DNA of 64,000 nucleotides from Candidatus Magasanikiibacteriota bacterium (GCA_003510435.1 DOMK01000010.1:41487-105486), one strand, 5' to 3'; counted from the stretch's first letter, positions 39,147-51,379 are shown. Notes: a model not told the origin generated them from the sequence alone. Program-made: numbers and translations.

Positions 39147-39692
39147 TTATATTTTCTTTATTTGTAAGGCATCCAATTCGACTGGGGTCTCACGGCCAAA
39201 CATACTAACCAAGACTTTTACTTTACCACGAGCTTCGTCAACATTACTGACCTTGCCCTCAAAGTTTTTGAATGGACCATCAGTAATTCTAACTGTTTCA
39301 TCAATTTCTACATCAATTTTGTGAGTTGGCTCATCTACACCCATACGTTTTTGTAAAGCATCCATTTCTTTTGGATCAATTGGGGTTGGGGTAGTACCAG
39401 AACCAATAAAACCAGTGACGTTTGGAGTATTTCTAACCACATACCAAGAATCATCAGTTACGATCATCTCTACTAATACATAGCCAGGAAAAACTTTTTC
39501 TTCAATTGTAGTTCGTTTGCTGTTTTTAATTTTAATCTTTTTTTCTTTTGGCACCAGGACATTAAAAATTTTGTCTTGCATGTCAAAAGATTCTATCCGT
39601 TGTTCTAGATTGTGTTTTACATTTTCTTCATAGCCACTATAAGTATGAAGTACATACCAACGGCGACCAAGTTGTAACGTTTGTTTAGCCAT
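39147..39692 (-). CDS. nusG: Transcription termination/antitermination factor NusG
   Basis: WYVLHTYSGYE, FPGYV, KOW GPF, FGRETPVEL. Confidence 0.98.
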   Translation of the reverse strand: MAKQTLQLGRRWYVLHTYSGYEENVKHNLEQRIESFDMQDKIFNVLVPKEKKIKIKNSKRTTIEEKVFPGYVLVEMIVTDDSWYVVRNTPNVTGFIGSGTTPTPIDPKEMDALQKRMGVDEPTHKIDVEIDETVRITDGPFKNFEGKVSNVDEARGKVKVLVSMFGRETPVELDALQIKKI

Positions 39693-39699
39693 AGTTTTT

Positions 39700-39847
39700 T
39701 ATTCCGAGCGAATGCGAGGAATCCCTTTTTAATGCACAGAAATTTGCATTAAATTAGATTAATTTTAAGCATTTTTATATGCTTGAAAAGGGATCCCTCA
39801 CTCACCTTCGTCCGTCAGCTGACGGACTACGGCGGGTTCGGGATTAA
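39700..39847. repeat. Family A element with a nested GTCCGTCAGCTGACGGAC palindrome
   Basis: ATTCCGAGCG..GAGGAATCCCTTTT...AAAAGGGATCCCTCA..GGGTTCGGGATTAA. Confidence 0.8.
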
Positions 39848-39853
39848 GTTGAA

Positions 39854-40039
39854 TTACTTAATAAAAATTCCTAAACCAAGATTAAAGATGTAGTCTAGAA
39901 CACCAAAAAAAACTGCAATACCAATACTCATACCAACAACAATTAAGCTGTAGGTGGTAGTTTGCTTTTTGGTTGGCCAGACGACTTTTTTCATTTCTGA
40001 AATAGAACCTTTAAAATAGTCTTTGATTTTTTCTAACAT
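39854..40039 (-). CDS. secE: Preprotein translocase subunit SecE
   Basis: EMKKVVWP, one TM, upstream of nusG. Confidence 0.95.
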   Translation of the reverse strand: MLEKIKDYFKGSISEMKKVVWPTKKQTTTYSLIVVGMSIGIAVFFGVLDYIFNLGLGIFIK

Positions 40040-40183
40040 ATAAAATGCTTATAATGCTTACGAGGCTCACTAGGCTTGGGTAAGCCTTGTCTGCCTTGTC
40101 GGCTTTGTTAGCCTTTATTTTGAAGTATCTAAAAACGGCCTTGAGCCGATTTAGTAATAATATACTAGATTAGCGTGATTTTG

Positions 40184-40966
40184 TCAAGTAATTGCAGTGG
40201 ATAAAACAGGGTCATATAATTTTGCTTGTCTCCATAATAATTCAAAATGTTCTAAATATCCTTTGGCAATGGCTTTATTTTGTATTTGAATGATGGTTAC
40301 ATCATTACTACCGGTGTATATCTCAATAGTTACCATTTCTGGAGTAATACGAGTGTAAGTAGGAGAGGATAGCCCCACTGTCATGGTTTTTAAAATATTG
40401 CCTTTTTCTTTAGCAAATTTATTTTTAAATTCTTCTGAATAATCAGCCGGTGAAATTAAATATTTAGATACCCGATTATCTTCTAAATACTTTACGTAGT
40501 TTTTATAAAGATTACCAATTACTCGATAAAAATCTATATCTTTGGCACCGCCAATAATACGCATAATGCCATCAGTTTTGGAAGCTGAACTAACCACATC
40601 TTTTAAATTATCAAAAAATCCTTTTTGTCCGTAAAAAGTTTTTACTTCAATTTTATCTATCGCTTCAATTTGTAATTTGACTAAATTTGGCAAAATTTTT
40701 CTAATTTGAGCCTCTTTATCTTCCAAAGTTTTTAGTAAAATTGAAGGTGAAGCTGCTTGAAAATATTTGCGATTGTTTTTGATTACATAAGAAACTAGAT
40801 TTTTATCTTCTAGCCTTTCTAGAGCTTCATAAACCAGCTGGCGATGAAGTTTAGTATTGGTAACAATTGGGCCCACATTTGTTGAGCCTAATTTAAGAAG
40901 TTCCAAGTATGTTTTAGCTTCGTTGGTATTTAATCCTATTTTCTCGAGGGTAGAAAGTATTTCCAT
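40184..40966 (-). CDS. TrmB-family transcriptional regulator
   Basis: L.KIGL...EA..YL.LL..G HTH; VY..L..L...LV; F..LW C-terminus. Confidence 0.85.
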   Translation of the reverse strand: MEILSTLEKIGLNTNEAKTYLELLKLGSTNVGPIVTNTKLHRQLVYEALERLEDKNLVSYVIKNNRKYFQAASPSILLKTLEDKEAQIRKILPNLVKLQIEAIDKIEVKTFYGQKGFFDNLKDVVSSASKTDGIMRIIGGAKDIDFYRVIGNLYKNYVKYLEDNRVSKYLISPADYSEEFKNKFAKEKGNILKTMTVGLSSPTYTRITPEMVTIEIYTGSNDVTIIQIQNKAIAKGYLEHFELLWRQAKLYDPVLSTAIT

Positions 40967-41005
40967 ATGTTCCTATTATAGCATAAAAGTTATATTTTGT
41001 CAAGA

Positions 41006-41037
41006 TTTGATGACAATAATATTTTTCTGTCATCAAA
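41006..41037. promoter_or_regulatory. Putative operator between divergent promoters
   Basis: Perfect inverted repeat TTTGATGACA-N12-TGTCATCAAA between back-to-back TTGACA boxes (40998-41003 minus, 41043-41048 plus). Confidence 0.65.
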
Positions 41038-41042
41038 AAAAC

Positions 41043-41071
41043 TTGACAATATTATAAATTTATGATATAGT
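41043..41071 (+). promoter_or_regulatory. Sigma70 promoter for the methyltransferase
   Basis: TTGACA-17 nt-TATAGT with TG extension. Confidence 0.7.
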
Positions 41072-41154
41072 CATTTATTACACTAAGGATGAACAAGTTC
41101 ATCTAAAGTGTATAGGTGTTGCTGTTTACAATTCACAAAGAGAAGGAGAAGAAG

Positions 41155-41955
41155 ATGCTAGAGTCTACTCAGAGAACCTATTCGTGTATGAGGAGAGAAA
41201 TTATTCGCAACCCTAGTTTGATTTATTGGGCCTTGCAAATGATTTTGCAAGAACTCGAGTTGTCCTGGGAAGACAGAGTATTTGTCCATCAAGAATTTTT
41301 GAATATCCTGCAGCGTGAGGTGCTGGAGGAAAAGGCGGCGCGAGAAGTCTGGGACATTGTTTGTCCACACCAGGCAGTTTTGAAGGAAAAACTGCAGAAG
41401 AGAGCCTTGCTGATTTATTCCCAAGTAGAGTACTATCTCAGGAAGGGAAAAATTCTTGACTTTGGTTGTGGCGATGGACGCGTTGGTCAGCTAGTGGCTG
41501 ACAACACGGCTCAACAAGTCTGCTTGTATGATGTGGCAGACTACAGGAGAAGTTCTGTGCGTGATGCAAACCTGCCTTTCTTCTCAGATTGGCAAGAGGT
41601 TGGAGCCCAGCAGTTTGACACTGTCATGTCACTGTTGGTTTTCCACCATTCTGAAGACCCAGATCAGGAAGTATCCAGGTTGAGTAAGGTTTGTCAGAGA
41701 TTGGTGGTAATTGAATCGGTCATTGACGATTCAATTGTGCCCTGGTCAGCCCAAGCAACCATTGATTGGATTTATAATCGTGGTTTTCATCCTGGGGCCA
41801 TGGTTCCGGTGCCAGGGCAGTTCCGTACGTCACAAGATTGGTTAGAGACTTTCTGTCGTCATGGTTTTTCCCTAGTCGATAGTCAGGACCTTGGCATTGA
41901 TTTGCCAATTGTTCCTGAACATCATTGGCTGTTTGTTCTGGACCGTGAGGTTTAG
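41155..41955 (+). CDS. Class I SAM-dependent methyltransferase (GC-elevated unit 2)
   Basis: ILDFGCGDG motif I, FD.V....VFHH; ATG preceded by SD AAGGAG. Confidence 0.88.
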   Translation: MLESTQRTYSCMRREIIRNPSLIYWALQMILQELELSWEDRVFVHQEFLNILQREVLEEKAAREVWDIVCPHQAVLKEKLQKRALLIYSQVEYYLRKGKILDFGCGDGRVGQLVADNTAQQVCLYDVADYRRSSVRDANLPFFSDWQEVGAQQFDTVMSLLVFHHSEDPDQEVSRLSKVCQRLVVIESVIDDSIVPWSAQATIDWIYNRGFHPGAMVPVPGQFRTSQDWLETFCRHGFSLVDSQDLGIDLPIVPEHHWLFVLDREV

Positions 41956-42055
41956 AACAAGTCCTTTCATTTGGTTGGACAGTGGTTACAGCCACCATTG
42001 CCCAACCTCCATTCTAGTATTTTTAATTAAATTAAAAACAGTAGTGAGGAAAATT

Positions 42056-42088
42056 AAAATATCCCGATTTTATCGGGATATTTTTTTG
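42056..42088. terminator. Bidirectional terminator
   Basis: AAAATATCCCGAT/ATCGGGATATTTT. Confidence 0.8.
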
Positions 42089-42118
42089 TATCGTGTTGTG
42101 TGTATTTTGTATCTTATT

Positions 42119-44368
<2,250 letters not shown>

Positions 44369-44541
44369 TTAAATCATAAATTAAAAATCATAAATCCTAA
44401 ATAAATTAAGATTTATTGTTTTCTAGTTTAATTATGGCAATATTATAGCACGATTTATTATATTCTTACAAGGGTAAAAGATGTGGATAAAATTTGGCTA
44501 AAATAAGCGAAATAATAAAGATTAATAAAAGTGGAAAATTC

Positions 44542-44570
44542 TTGACAAAAGCATTTTTTTGTGGTATAAT
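44542..44570 (+). promoter_or_regulatory. Consensus sigma70 promoter for GC-rich unit 3
   Basis: TTGACA-17 nt-TATAAT with TG extension. Confidence 0.85.
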
Positions 44571-44636
44571 ACTCGGTCCTGAAAATGGGCAATTGTTACA
44601 GAATGGAACGAACCTTACAACTCATTGGAGGGCGCT

Positions 44637-46187
44637 ATGAACTGGTTGAAGAAAGAGATCAACCGTATGGTGAGCGAAGGCGGCTGGAGCATTGGCGCTC
44701 TGGTAGTCGCTCTGGTGGCGTTCGCTGCCACCGTATTGTGCACCTCGCTCGTGGCAGGTGTGCAGATCGCTCGGGCCGTAGCCTATCTTGGCGGGCCCTT
44801 GCTCGTTCTCGCCTTTATGGCGGTGTACGTTGCCTTTAGGAAACTGCCTTGGAAAAAGGCTGTTCTCCTGCTGGTGTTGTACATCGCCGGACCTGTCGGC
44901 ACTCTGCTCGTGGCAGGTGCTGAGTTGGCAGAGATTGTGTCTCTGCTGACCCTGGGCACGGTCGTCGTCGTGGGGATCTTCCTCATGAGGAAACAACATC
45001 CTGTGATCGCCAAGGTCGTACTGTTTGGAACGGCGTGGGCGGTTGTAATGTGGAACGTCCCGCCGGAATATGAGGGCTGGGCTTGGTGGGTCACTCAGAT
45101 CCTCCTGGTCATCGTGGCTCACGGGTTGGCTCGGGCTTTCCTGTTGCCCTGGCTGGTCAAGTGGATTGAGATGGGTATCACCTGGTTCTTCGGAACCGAC
45201 AAGATGCTCAAGACTCGTCCGTATCTTCGGACGGTCCTCGATCTGATCCTACTCGCGATTGCTATCCTGTTTCTCAGCTGGGTCGTAGGGGGACGATTCC
45301 CCCAGGTCGCGACATGGATTGCTCGGGCTGCTCTAATTACCCTGGCCTATCCCATTAGGCTGGCATATAAGTGGGAGCCGGCGATCACTCGGCTCGTGGC
45401 TGGGTTTGCTGCCATCCTGGTCGCTACGTCGTATCTCGTGGACGACTCGTGGGCCACGAACCCAGTTGAGTCTTTGGTCATGGCCTTTGCGCTTTTCCTG
45501 TTCTGGTTGGAAGTGGTAAAACCGCGCCTCAAGGTGTGGGAGTACTACTCCCGGAACAACTGGGAGAAGCCTCTCTTGGTGGCTGGGATTATCATGGTGG
45601 TCGGCTGTGGAGTCAACTACATGGTAATTCATCTCTGGAACAACATGTGGTTCACCCAGGAGAATGGGTGGAGAATCCCAGAGTTGTTCTGGAAGGCCCC
45701 CGAGGTCGTAGAGATGATAGGGGAAAAGAAAGTGATGATCGTCCCGATGGGTTGGCTTAGAGCCACGCGGGTCGTCCCTATGCTCATCCTTGGCCTGGCT
45801 GTGGGTCTGGCCAACCACGGCAAACTTCCAAAGTACAAGAAAGAAGAGCGCACTGGCCTCGCGTTCTTCATCGGTCTTGGTTTGGGGGTGGCGTTCTTGC
45901 TACTCTTGAAGACCGAGATTCAACTCTCCGTTCTCCTTGGAGCGGGGTTGTTCATAGGTTTCGGCTTAGCTCTCATCGTGGGGCCGTGGCGGTGGCTCGT
46001 CTGCGTGGCCTGTTCTTGGGCCATGACAGTGGGGATGCTTTCGTCCCCGGCCTATGCCGTTCGCGCTTTGCTGTGGGCTCTGCTAACGGCTGGCATGTCG
46101 GCCTGGGCTGCCGCTTTTGTTCGGCTGATCTGGGAGAAATCCTGGGAAATGGCCGGCAAAACCAAGGCTAAGAAAAAAGGCCACTAA
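44637..46187 (+). CDS. Orphan polytopic membrane protein (more than 12 TM segments), GC-rich unit 3
   Basis: 516-aa hydrophobic ORF; SD GGAGG before ATG; GC in the mid-to-high 50s percent by eye. Confidence 0.8.
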   Translation: MNWLKKEINRMVSEGGWSIGALVVALVAFAATVLCTSLVAGVQIARAVAYLGGPLLVLAFMAVYVAFRKLPWKKAVLLLVLYIAGPVGTLLVAGAELAEIVSLLTLGTVVVVGIFLMRKQHPVIAKVVLFGTAWAVVMWNVPPEYEGWAWWVTQILLVIVAHGLARAFLLPWLVKWIEMGITWFFGTDKMLKTRPYLRTVLDLILLAIAILFLSWVVGGRFPQVATWIARAALITLAYPIRLAYKWEPAITRLVAGFAAILVATSYLVDDSWATNPVESLVMAFALFLFWLEVVKPRLKVWEYYSRNNWEKPLLVAGIIMVVGCGVNYMVIHLWNNMWFTQENGWRIPELFWKAPEVVEMIGEKKVMIVPMGWLRATRVVPMLILGLAVGLANHGKLPKYKKEERTGLAFFIGLGLGVAFLLLLKTEIQLSVLLGAGLFIGFGLALIVGPWRWLVCVACSWAMTVGMLSSPAYAVRALLWALLTAGMSAWAAAFVRLIWEKSWEMAGKTKAKKKGH

Positions 46188-46402
46188 CCCGCTAGCCAGT
46201 CGGTAAACACTGGTCGGGTCTATGATTGGACCCTTTCGTCTCCAACCGGGAGGCGAGAAAAGAGCGCAAGCTCAGATTGATTTCGTTCCAGACAGTCAAA
46301 TGTCTGATGGACGATGAAGAAATGGCAGGCCGTTGGCTCGAAACCCAACGTACCTGCCCTCCGTTTACTTACTAAATATTATTTTGGTGGGTGAACAGAG
46401 AA
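46188..46402 (+). ncRNA. Putative structured 3' RNA of GC-rich unit 3
   Basis: Serial stems CCAGT/ACTGG, GGGTC/GACCC, TTTCGTCTCC/GGAGGCGAGA, GAGC-GCAA-GCTC, CAGACA/TGTCTG, GGCAGG..GTTGG-(GAAA)-CCAAC..CCTGCC. Confidence 0.45.
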
Positions 46403-46445
46403 TATAACACGATACAAAATACACATAGCAAAATACAAGAACTTC

Positions 46446-46477
46446 ACCTCTACCTGTGCAAGGTGGAGGTTTTTTAT
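46446..46477 (+). terminator. Terminator of unit 3
   Basis: ACCTCTACCT/AGGTGGAGGT hairpin plus T run. Confidence 0.7.
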
Positions 46478-46583
46478 TTATCTTTCTGTAAGCGCGCCCT
46501 AGTGATTGTGGTGATTGATTAATTATTTTTTAATTTTGTGGTATAATAATATAAAGTATTTTTGATTAAATTATTTTGGATTT

Positions 46584-47489
46584 ATGTTTAGTAAAAGTGA
46601 AGAAGAAAAACAATTGAAACGTTATGAAGACCCAACTGGGCAATTTAGTAATCAGCAATTAAAATTGGCTGATTGGTATGTAAAACATAAAATATTGCTG
46701 AAAAAAATTGGCCTAGGTATTATTGCTGGTTGGTGTGTAATTTCAGTTGGTTATAGTTTAATTTATTTTGCTTATTATTTGGTTTTTGGTTATAATCAGG
46801 ATCAAAAGATGTATGCACGTCAAACAGTGGAATTTGAAAATTATGAAGCATTGCAACCTCTTTATAAACCACAAGAATTGGAAATAAAAGATGTGCGAAT
46901 TTTTAAAAGTGCCGAAAAGAAATATGATTTTGTCGCGCAGGTATTTAATCCCAATGAAAGATGGGTAGGAGAATTAAGTTATTATTTTTTTTATAAAGGT
47001 GGACAGACAGAAACCATGACCACAGTTTTGCTGCCGGGTGAACAAAGACCAGTAATTTATTTTGGAGAAGAATTAGAATATAACCCAGGTGAAACAGAAA
47101 TGGTTTTGGAAAATTTAAGTTGGCATCACATTAGTCCACATGCCATAGTTAATGTAGAGGATTTTGTGACAGCGAGAAAGAAATTTAATATTAGTGATTT
47201 TAAATTTACCAAAGCCAATAAGGTGGATGGTGCTTTATCCAATATAATTGAATTTGATTTGTATAATGAAAGTGCTTATAGTTTTTGGCAACCAGAGTTT
47301 TATATTGAATTGTATGATGGTAGAGCAGTGGGGTATTTGTATGTCGTAGAACAAAAATTTAAAAATGGAGAGAAACGTCATATGGAATTGAGATTTTTGC
47401 CAGATAATATTGATGTGAAAGATATAAAAGTTTATCCAGTGATTGATGTATTCAACTATGCTTTGTTTATGAAACCAGGAGAAGAATAA
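46584..47489 (+). CDS. Hypothetical single-TM protein
   Basis: 301-aa ORF with N-terminal TM; TGGTATAAT -10 upstream. Confidence 0.75.
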   Translation: MFSKSEEEKQLKRYEDPTGQFSNQQLKLADWYVKHKILLKKIGLGIIAGWCVISVGYSLIYFAYYLVFGYNQDQKMYARQTVEFENYEALQPLYKPQELEIKDVRIFKSAEKKYDFVAQVFNPNERWVGELSYYFFYKGGQTETMTTVLLPGEQRPVIYFGEELEYNPGETEMVLENLSWHHISPHAIVNVEDFVTARKKFNISDFKFTKANKVDGALSNIIEFDLYNESAYSFWQPEFYIELYDGRAVGYLYVVEQKFKNGEKRHMELRFLPDNIDVKDIKVYPVIDVFNYALFMKPGEE

Positions 47490-47626
47490 GAGACAAAATA
47501 TAATTTTTAAAAACCGCCTTTAAAAGGTGGTTTTTTATTTAAAGATAATGTTTTGGTTGTTTTTTTATGTTTTAGAAAAAGTTTGCTTTTTGCAATTAAA
47601 ATGGTAAACTAAGGTAAAGATTTTTT

Positions 47627-48721
47627 ATGAGTTTGTTAAGTTTAAATTTTCAAGGTTTTAAAAAAATTGACTGGTTCTTGGTTGTAATTGTTTTTGTTTT
47701 GGTGGCTTTTGGTTTGGCAGCGATTTATAGTGTAGATTTGTCACGCGGTGAAGATTTAAATTATTTTCCTACCCAAGTCATAGCTTTGATAATTGGTTTT
47801 GGCTTGATGTTATCAGCTTGTTTTTTGCATATAAGTTTTTATCGGGTTTCGGCTCGGGCGATTTATATTTTGGCATTAATATTATTAATTTTAGTTTTGT
47901 TTTTTGGTATTAGTGTTCGAGGAACGACGGGTTGGTTTAGATTAGTTGGTTTTTCTTTTCAACCGGCTGAATTTGCCAAAGTTGGTTTGGTATTATTATT
48001 AGCTTGGATAATCAGTCGTTATGGACGGAGATTTGATAAATGGAAATTTGTATTTGTGACTGGGGGAATTACGATGTTATTAGCTGGTATTATTATTTTG
48101 CAACCAGACCTGGGTTCAGCCTTGGTTTTGCTTGGGGTGTGGTTTGGAATGATGTTTTTGACTGGGACAAAAAAAAGATATATCGCTGGCTTAATAATAA
48201 TTTTTATAACAGTATTTTTAGTATCATGGTTGTTTATTTTTAAAGATTATCAAAAAGATAGAATTTTTACTTTTATTGATCCCGGTCGAGATCCTCTGGG
48301 AGCAGGATATAATGTGACCCAATCAATAATTGCTATTGGGTCGGGTGGATTTTTTGGTCGAGGTTTGGGATTTGGTTCTCAGAGTCAATTACATTTTTTA
48401 CCTGAGGCACAAACTGACTTTATTTTTTCTGTGATATGTGAAGAACTGGGTTTTGTGGGAGTGTTTATTTTGATAGTGGTATATTTTTTGTTGTTGTGGC
48501 GATTATTACAAATAACCAAAAAATCCAATGATGATTTTTCGGTTTATCTGATTTTGGGTATTTTGCTGTTGTTTTTTGTGCAAATGATCGTAAATATAGG
48601 TGGAGCAGTAGGGTTTTTGCCAGTTACTGGTGTTACTTTGCCCTTTGTTAGTTATGGTGGTTCATCTCTAATAATCAATTTTTTACTTATTGGTATGGCT
48701 TTGTCAGCGGCTAGGAGTTAA
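47627..48721 (+). CDS. rodA: Rod shape-determining protein RodA (SEDS family)
   Basis: QPAEFAK, QPDLG, GYNV.QS.IAIGSGG, LPEAQTDFIF, SYGGSS. Confidence 0.92.
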   Translation: MSLLSLNFQGFKKIDWFLVVIVFVLVAFGLAAIYSVDLSRGEDLNYFPTQVIALIIGFGLMLSACFLHISFYRVSARAIYILALILLILVLFFGISVRGTTGWFRLVGFSFQPAEFAKVGLVLLLAWIISRYGRRFDKWKFVFVTGGITMLLAGIIILQPDLGSALVLLGVWFGMMFLTGTKKRYIAGLIIIFITVFLVSWLFIFKDYQKDRIFTFIDPGRDPLGAGYNVTQSIIAIGSGGFFGRGLGFGSQSQLHFLPEAQTDFIFSVICEELGFVGVFILIVVYFLLLWRLLQITKKSNDDFSVYLILGILLLFFVQMIVNIGGAVGFLPVTGVTLPFVSYGGSSLIINFLLIGMALSAARS

Positions 48722-48815
48722 TTTGATAAAATGGTAGGCACAAATACTTGACATTGCGGTTTCATAATACCTTGACAAAAAATTTTAATAATGGTATATT
48801 GTTGTCCACTTGAAT

Positions 48816-49151
48816 ATGAATAATAATCAATCAAAAAATAACCCTATTCAAGAGCAGATTAAGCTTTTACAGCAGTGCCCAATTTGTAAAGGGCAGTATG
48901 ATGCTAAACAAGCAAAAGTAGTAGAAGAAAGAGGAGAAGCTAATCTAATACACATTACCTGTCCGCATTGTTCCAACTCGATTTTGGCAGTGGTCGTGAT
49001 TAGCCAGATTGGTATGAGCTCGGTGGGAATGATGACAGACTTGGGTGAAAATGATGTAAAAAGACTGCGAAACAAAAATTCAATTTCTGAAGATGAATTA
49101 TTGGATTTTCATAGTTTGCTCCAATCAAATCAATTAAATTTTTCAAAATAA
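48816..49151 (+). CDS. Small zinc-ribbon protein
   Basis: CPIC...H.TCPHC; TTGACA..TATATT promoter upstream. Confidence 0.75.
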   Translation: MNNNQSKNNPIQEQIKLLQQCPICKGQYDAKQAKVVEERGEANLIHITCPHCSNSILAVVVISQIGMSSVGMMTDLGENDVKRLRNKNSISEDELLDFHSLLQSNQLNFSK

Positions 49152-49188
49152 TCTTTAATTTAAACATTTTTTATAACATATTAAAAAT

Positions 49189-49875
49189 ATGACATTAATT
49201 TTATCGGCAAAGAAGCGCGAATCAGAAAAAGCTGATAGCGTAAGAGAACAAGGTTTAATTCCTGGTGTAGTATATGGACCAGAAATTGAACCAGTGTCTG
49301 TGGCTTTTCAATACAATGTTTTTGAAAAGTTGTACAAAGAAGCAGGTGAATCAACTCTGATTGATTTTTCTGTGGAAGGGGCAAAAGAACCGACAAAAGT
49401 TTTGATCCAAGCTGTACAATATGATCCAGTTTCTAGACGAGTGACTCATGTTGATTTACGTCAAATTAGAATGAATGAAGAAATGCATGCTACAGTAGAA
49501 TTGCATTTTGTTGGTGAAGCTCCAGCTGTTAAATCTTTGGGTGGTACTTTGGTCAAGGCTCACAATCATTTGAATATAAAATGTTTACCAAAAGATTCAG
49601 TTTCTTTTATCGAAGTTAGTTTGTCAGGACTAGAAACTTTTGAAAATATGATCCATGTAAAAGATTTACAAATGCCAGCTGGCGTGATTTCCACTGATTC
49701 TCCAGATATGGTGATTGTGAAAGTAAGTGCTCCTCTAACTGAAGAACAGTTGAAAGCGATGGAAGATCAAGGACCTAAGGGTGTTGAAGAAGTTAAGGTG
49801 GAAGAGAAAGCCAAAGAAGGTGAAGCAGAAAAAGGTGTAGCTGATGATGCTAAAGCAAAAGATGCAAAGAAATAA
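49189..49875 (+). CDS. rplY: 50S ribosomal protein L25 (CTC type)
   Basis: R..G.IPGVVYG, Q.DPV....HVD, G.APAVK.LGG. Confidence 0.95.
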   Translation: MTLILSAKKRESEKADSVREQGLIPGVVYGPEIEPVSVAFQYNVFEKLYKEAGESTLIDFSVEGAKEPTKVLIQAVQYDPVSRRVTHVDLRQIRMNEEMHATVELHFVGEAPAVKSLGGTLVKAHNHLNIKCLPKDSVSFIEVSLSGLETFENMIHVKDLQMPAGVISTDSPDMVIVKVSAPLTEEQLKAMEDQGPKGVEEVKVEEKAKEGEAEKGVADDAKAKDAKK

Positions 49876-50013
49876 TATAAAGGAATAATGTAAAGGAATA
49901 AGGAGTAAGGAATAATAAACCCCGCATTATCGTAATGTGGGGTTTTGATTTAAGATTTCTTTTTTTACAAATTTATTTTTAATAAACACAAAATTTTTCA
50001 AATTAACATTGTG

Positions 50014-50170
50014 ATTGTTTTTACTTTTTGTAACCCGCCTGCCATGCCTGGCACTGGCGGGCAGGCCAAAAAGTAACAAAAAGTTCCGGGGGCGAAAAAC
50101 TCGTGTTTAATCCATAGATGTAAAATTAGGTTAGACAGCGAAGTACACTCAAACAGTTTCGCCCCCGGAC
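50014..50170. repeat. Composite palindromic element
   Basis: TTACTTTTTG/CAAAAAGTAA hairpin interrupted by CCCGCCTGCCA..TGGCGGGCAGG, followed by a TCCGGGGGCGAAA...TTTCGCCCCCGGA stem. Confidence 0.65.
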
Positions 50171-50242
50171 CCCCCCATGATGTGTTTGTGTCATTTTTAA
50201 CAAGTAATTATTTTTGATTTAAAACATTTTTTGGTGTATTAT

Positions 50243-51379
50243 ATGGCTATGAAAATTAATTTTAAAAATTTTATAAATAAAATTAAACCAGGTGAGCCAG
50301 GGTTTGTTTATGCTTTGGCTAGTTTGGTATTTGTGGTTGGTTTGTCTTTAATAATTTTTTTTGGTTATCAATATTTTTCTCATAAAAATTTTGGTACAGC
50401 GATTATTAATCTAGATAATCAAACCACTACTTCTACTCCGGCCAATTGTAATTATAGAAGAATTCTGGATGGGGTGTGTGTGGCCATGCAAACTGATATT
50501 AATCCAAAATTAGTCGCGGTAATGATAGAAAATCATTCGGAAGCTCGACCTCAGTCTGGTTTGGTGGATGCGAGTATTGTTTATGAAGCGCCAGTCGAAG
50601 CTAACTATACTAGATTTTTGGCAATTTATCCGGCAGACATGATCGTGAAAAAGATTGGACCAGTCCGCAGTGCTCGGCCATATTATCTAGATTGGCTAGG
50701 GGAATATGGTACACCAATGTATATGCATGTAGGTGGTTCGCCAGAGGCTTTGGATATTATAAAAGCGAGAAATATTTTTGATCTAAATGAATTTTATCGT
50801 GGGTGGTATTATTGGCGGAGTGAAGATAGAAGTGCTCCACACAATGCTTATACTTCAAATGAATTGTGGGGGAAAGCCGTTGGAGTTTATGGCGAAGAAA
50901 ATTATTTGAATGACATATATGGTGGATGGAAATTTGGGACTACAATAGAACAACAGAACAACAGAACAACACAAGATTTGGTTGAAGAAATCACAGTGTC
51001 GTTTTTGCCACCAGTGTATGAAGCAGTGTGGAAATATAGTAGTACCACTAATCAGTACGAAAGATATCAGATGAACAAACCCCATGTGGACCAAGATGGT
51101 CGGCAGATCGTGGCAGATAATGTGATTGTCCAAAAAGTTCAAGCCAAAGTGTTGGATGAAATTGGTCGGCAAGAAATTACAACTGTGGGAAAAGGTGATT
51201 TGTTAGTCTTTAAAAATGGTGAAGTAATAACTGGTTATTGGCAAAAAAATAGTTCTAGTTCACGGACAAAGTTTTTTGATAATAATGGTGAAGAAATAAA
51301 ATTAAATTCTGGGAAGATTTGGGTGGAGGTGGTGAGTCAGATGAATTCACTGTCATTCCGAACGAACGATAGTGAGTGA
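50243..51379 (+). CDS. DUF3048 family membrane-anchored protein
   Basis: VMIEN..ARPQSGL..A.IVYE, TRF, GPVRSAR, H.GGS, APHN.Y. Confidence 0.9.
   Translation: MAMKINFKNFINKIKPGEPGFVYALASLVFVVGLSLIIFFGYQYFSHKNFGTAIINLDNQTTTSTPANCNYRRILDGVCVAMQTDINPKLVAVMIENHSEARPQSGLVDASIVYEAPVEANYTRFLAIYPADMIVKKIGPVRSARPYYLDWLGEYGTPMYMHVGGSPEALDIIKARNIFDLNEFYRGWYYWRSEDRSAPHNAYTSNELWGKAVGVYGEENYLNDIYGGWKFGTTIEQQNNRTTQDLVEEITVSFLPPVYEAVWKYSSTTNQYERYQMNKPHVDQDGRQIVADNVIVQKVQAKVLDEIGRQEITTVGKGDLLVFKNGEVITGYWQKNSSSSRTKFFDNNGEEIKLNSGKIWVEVVSQMNSLSFRTNDSE

Noticed and set aside
44585-46171. Alternative ORFs within GC-rich unit 3
   Set aside because: They overlap the long membrane-protein ORF and lack start signals.
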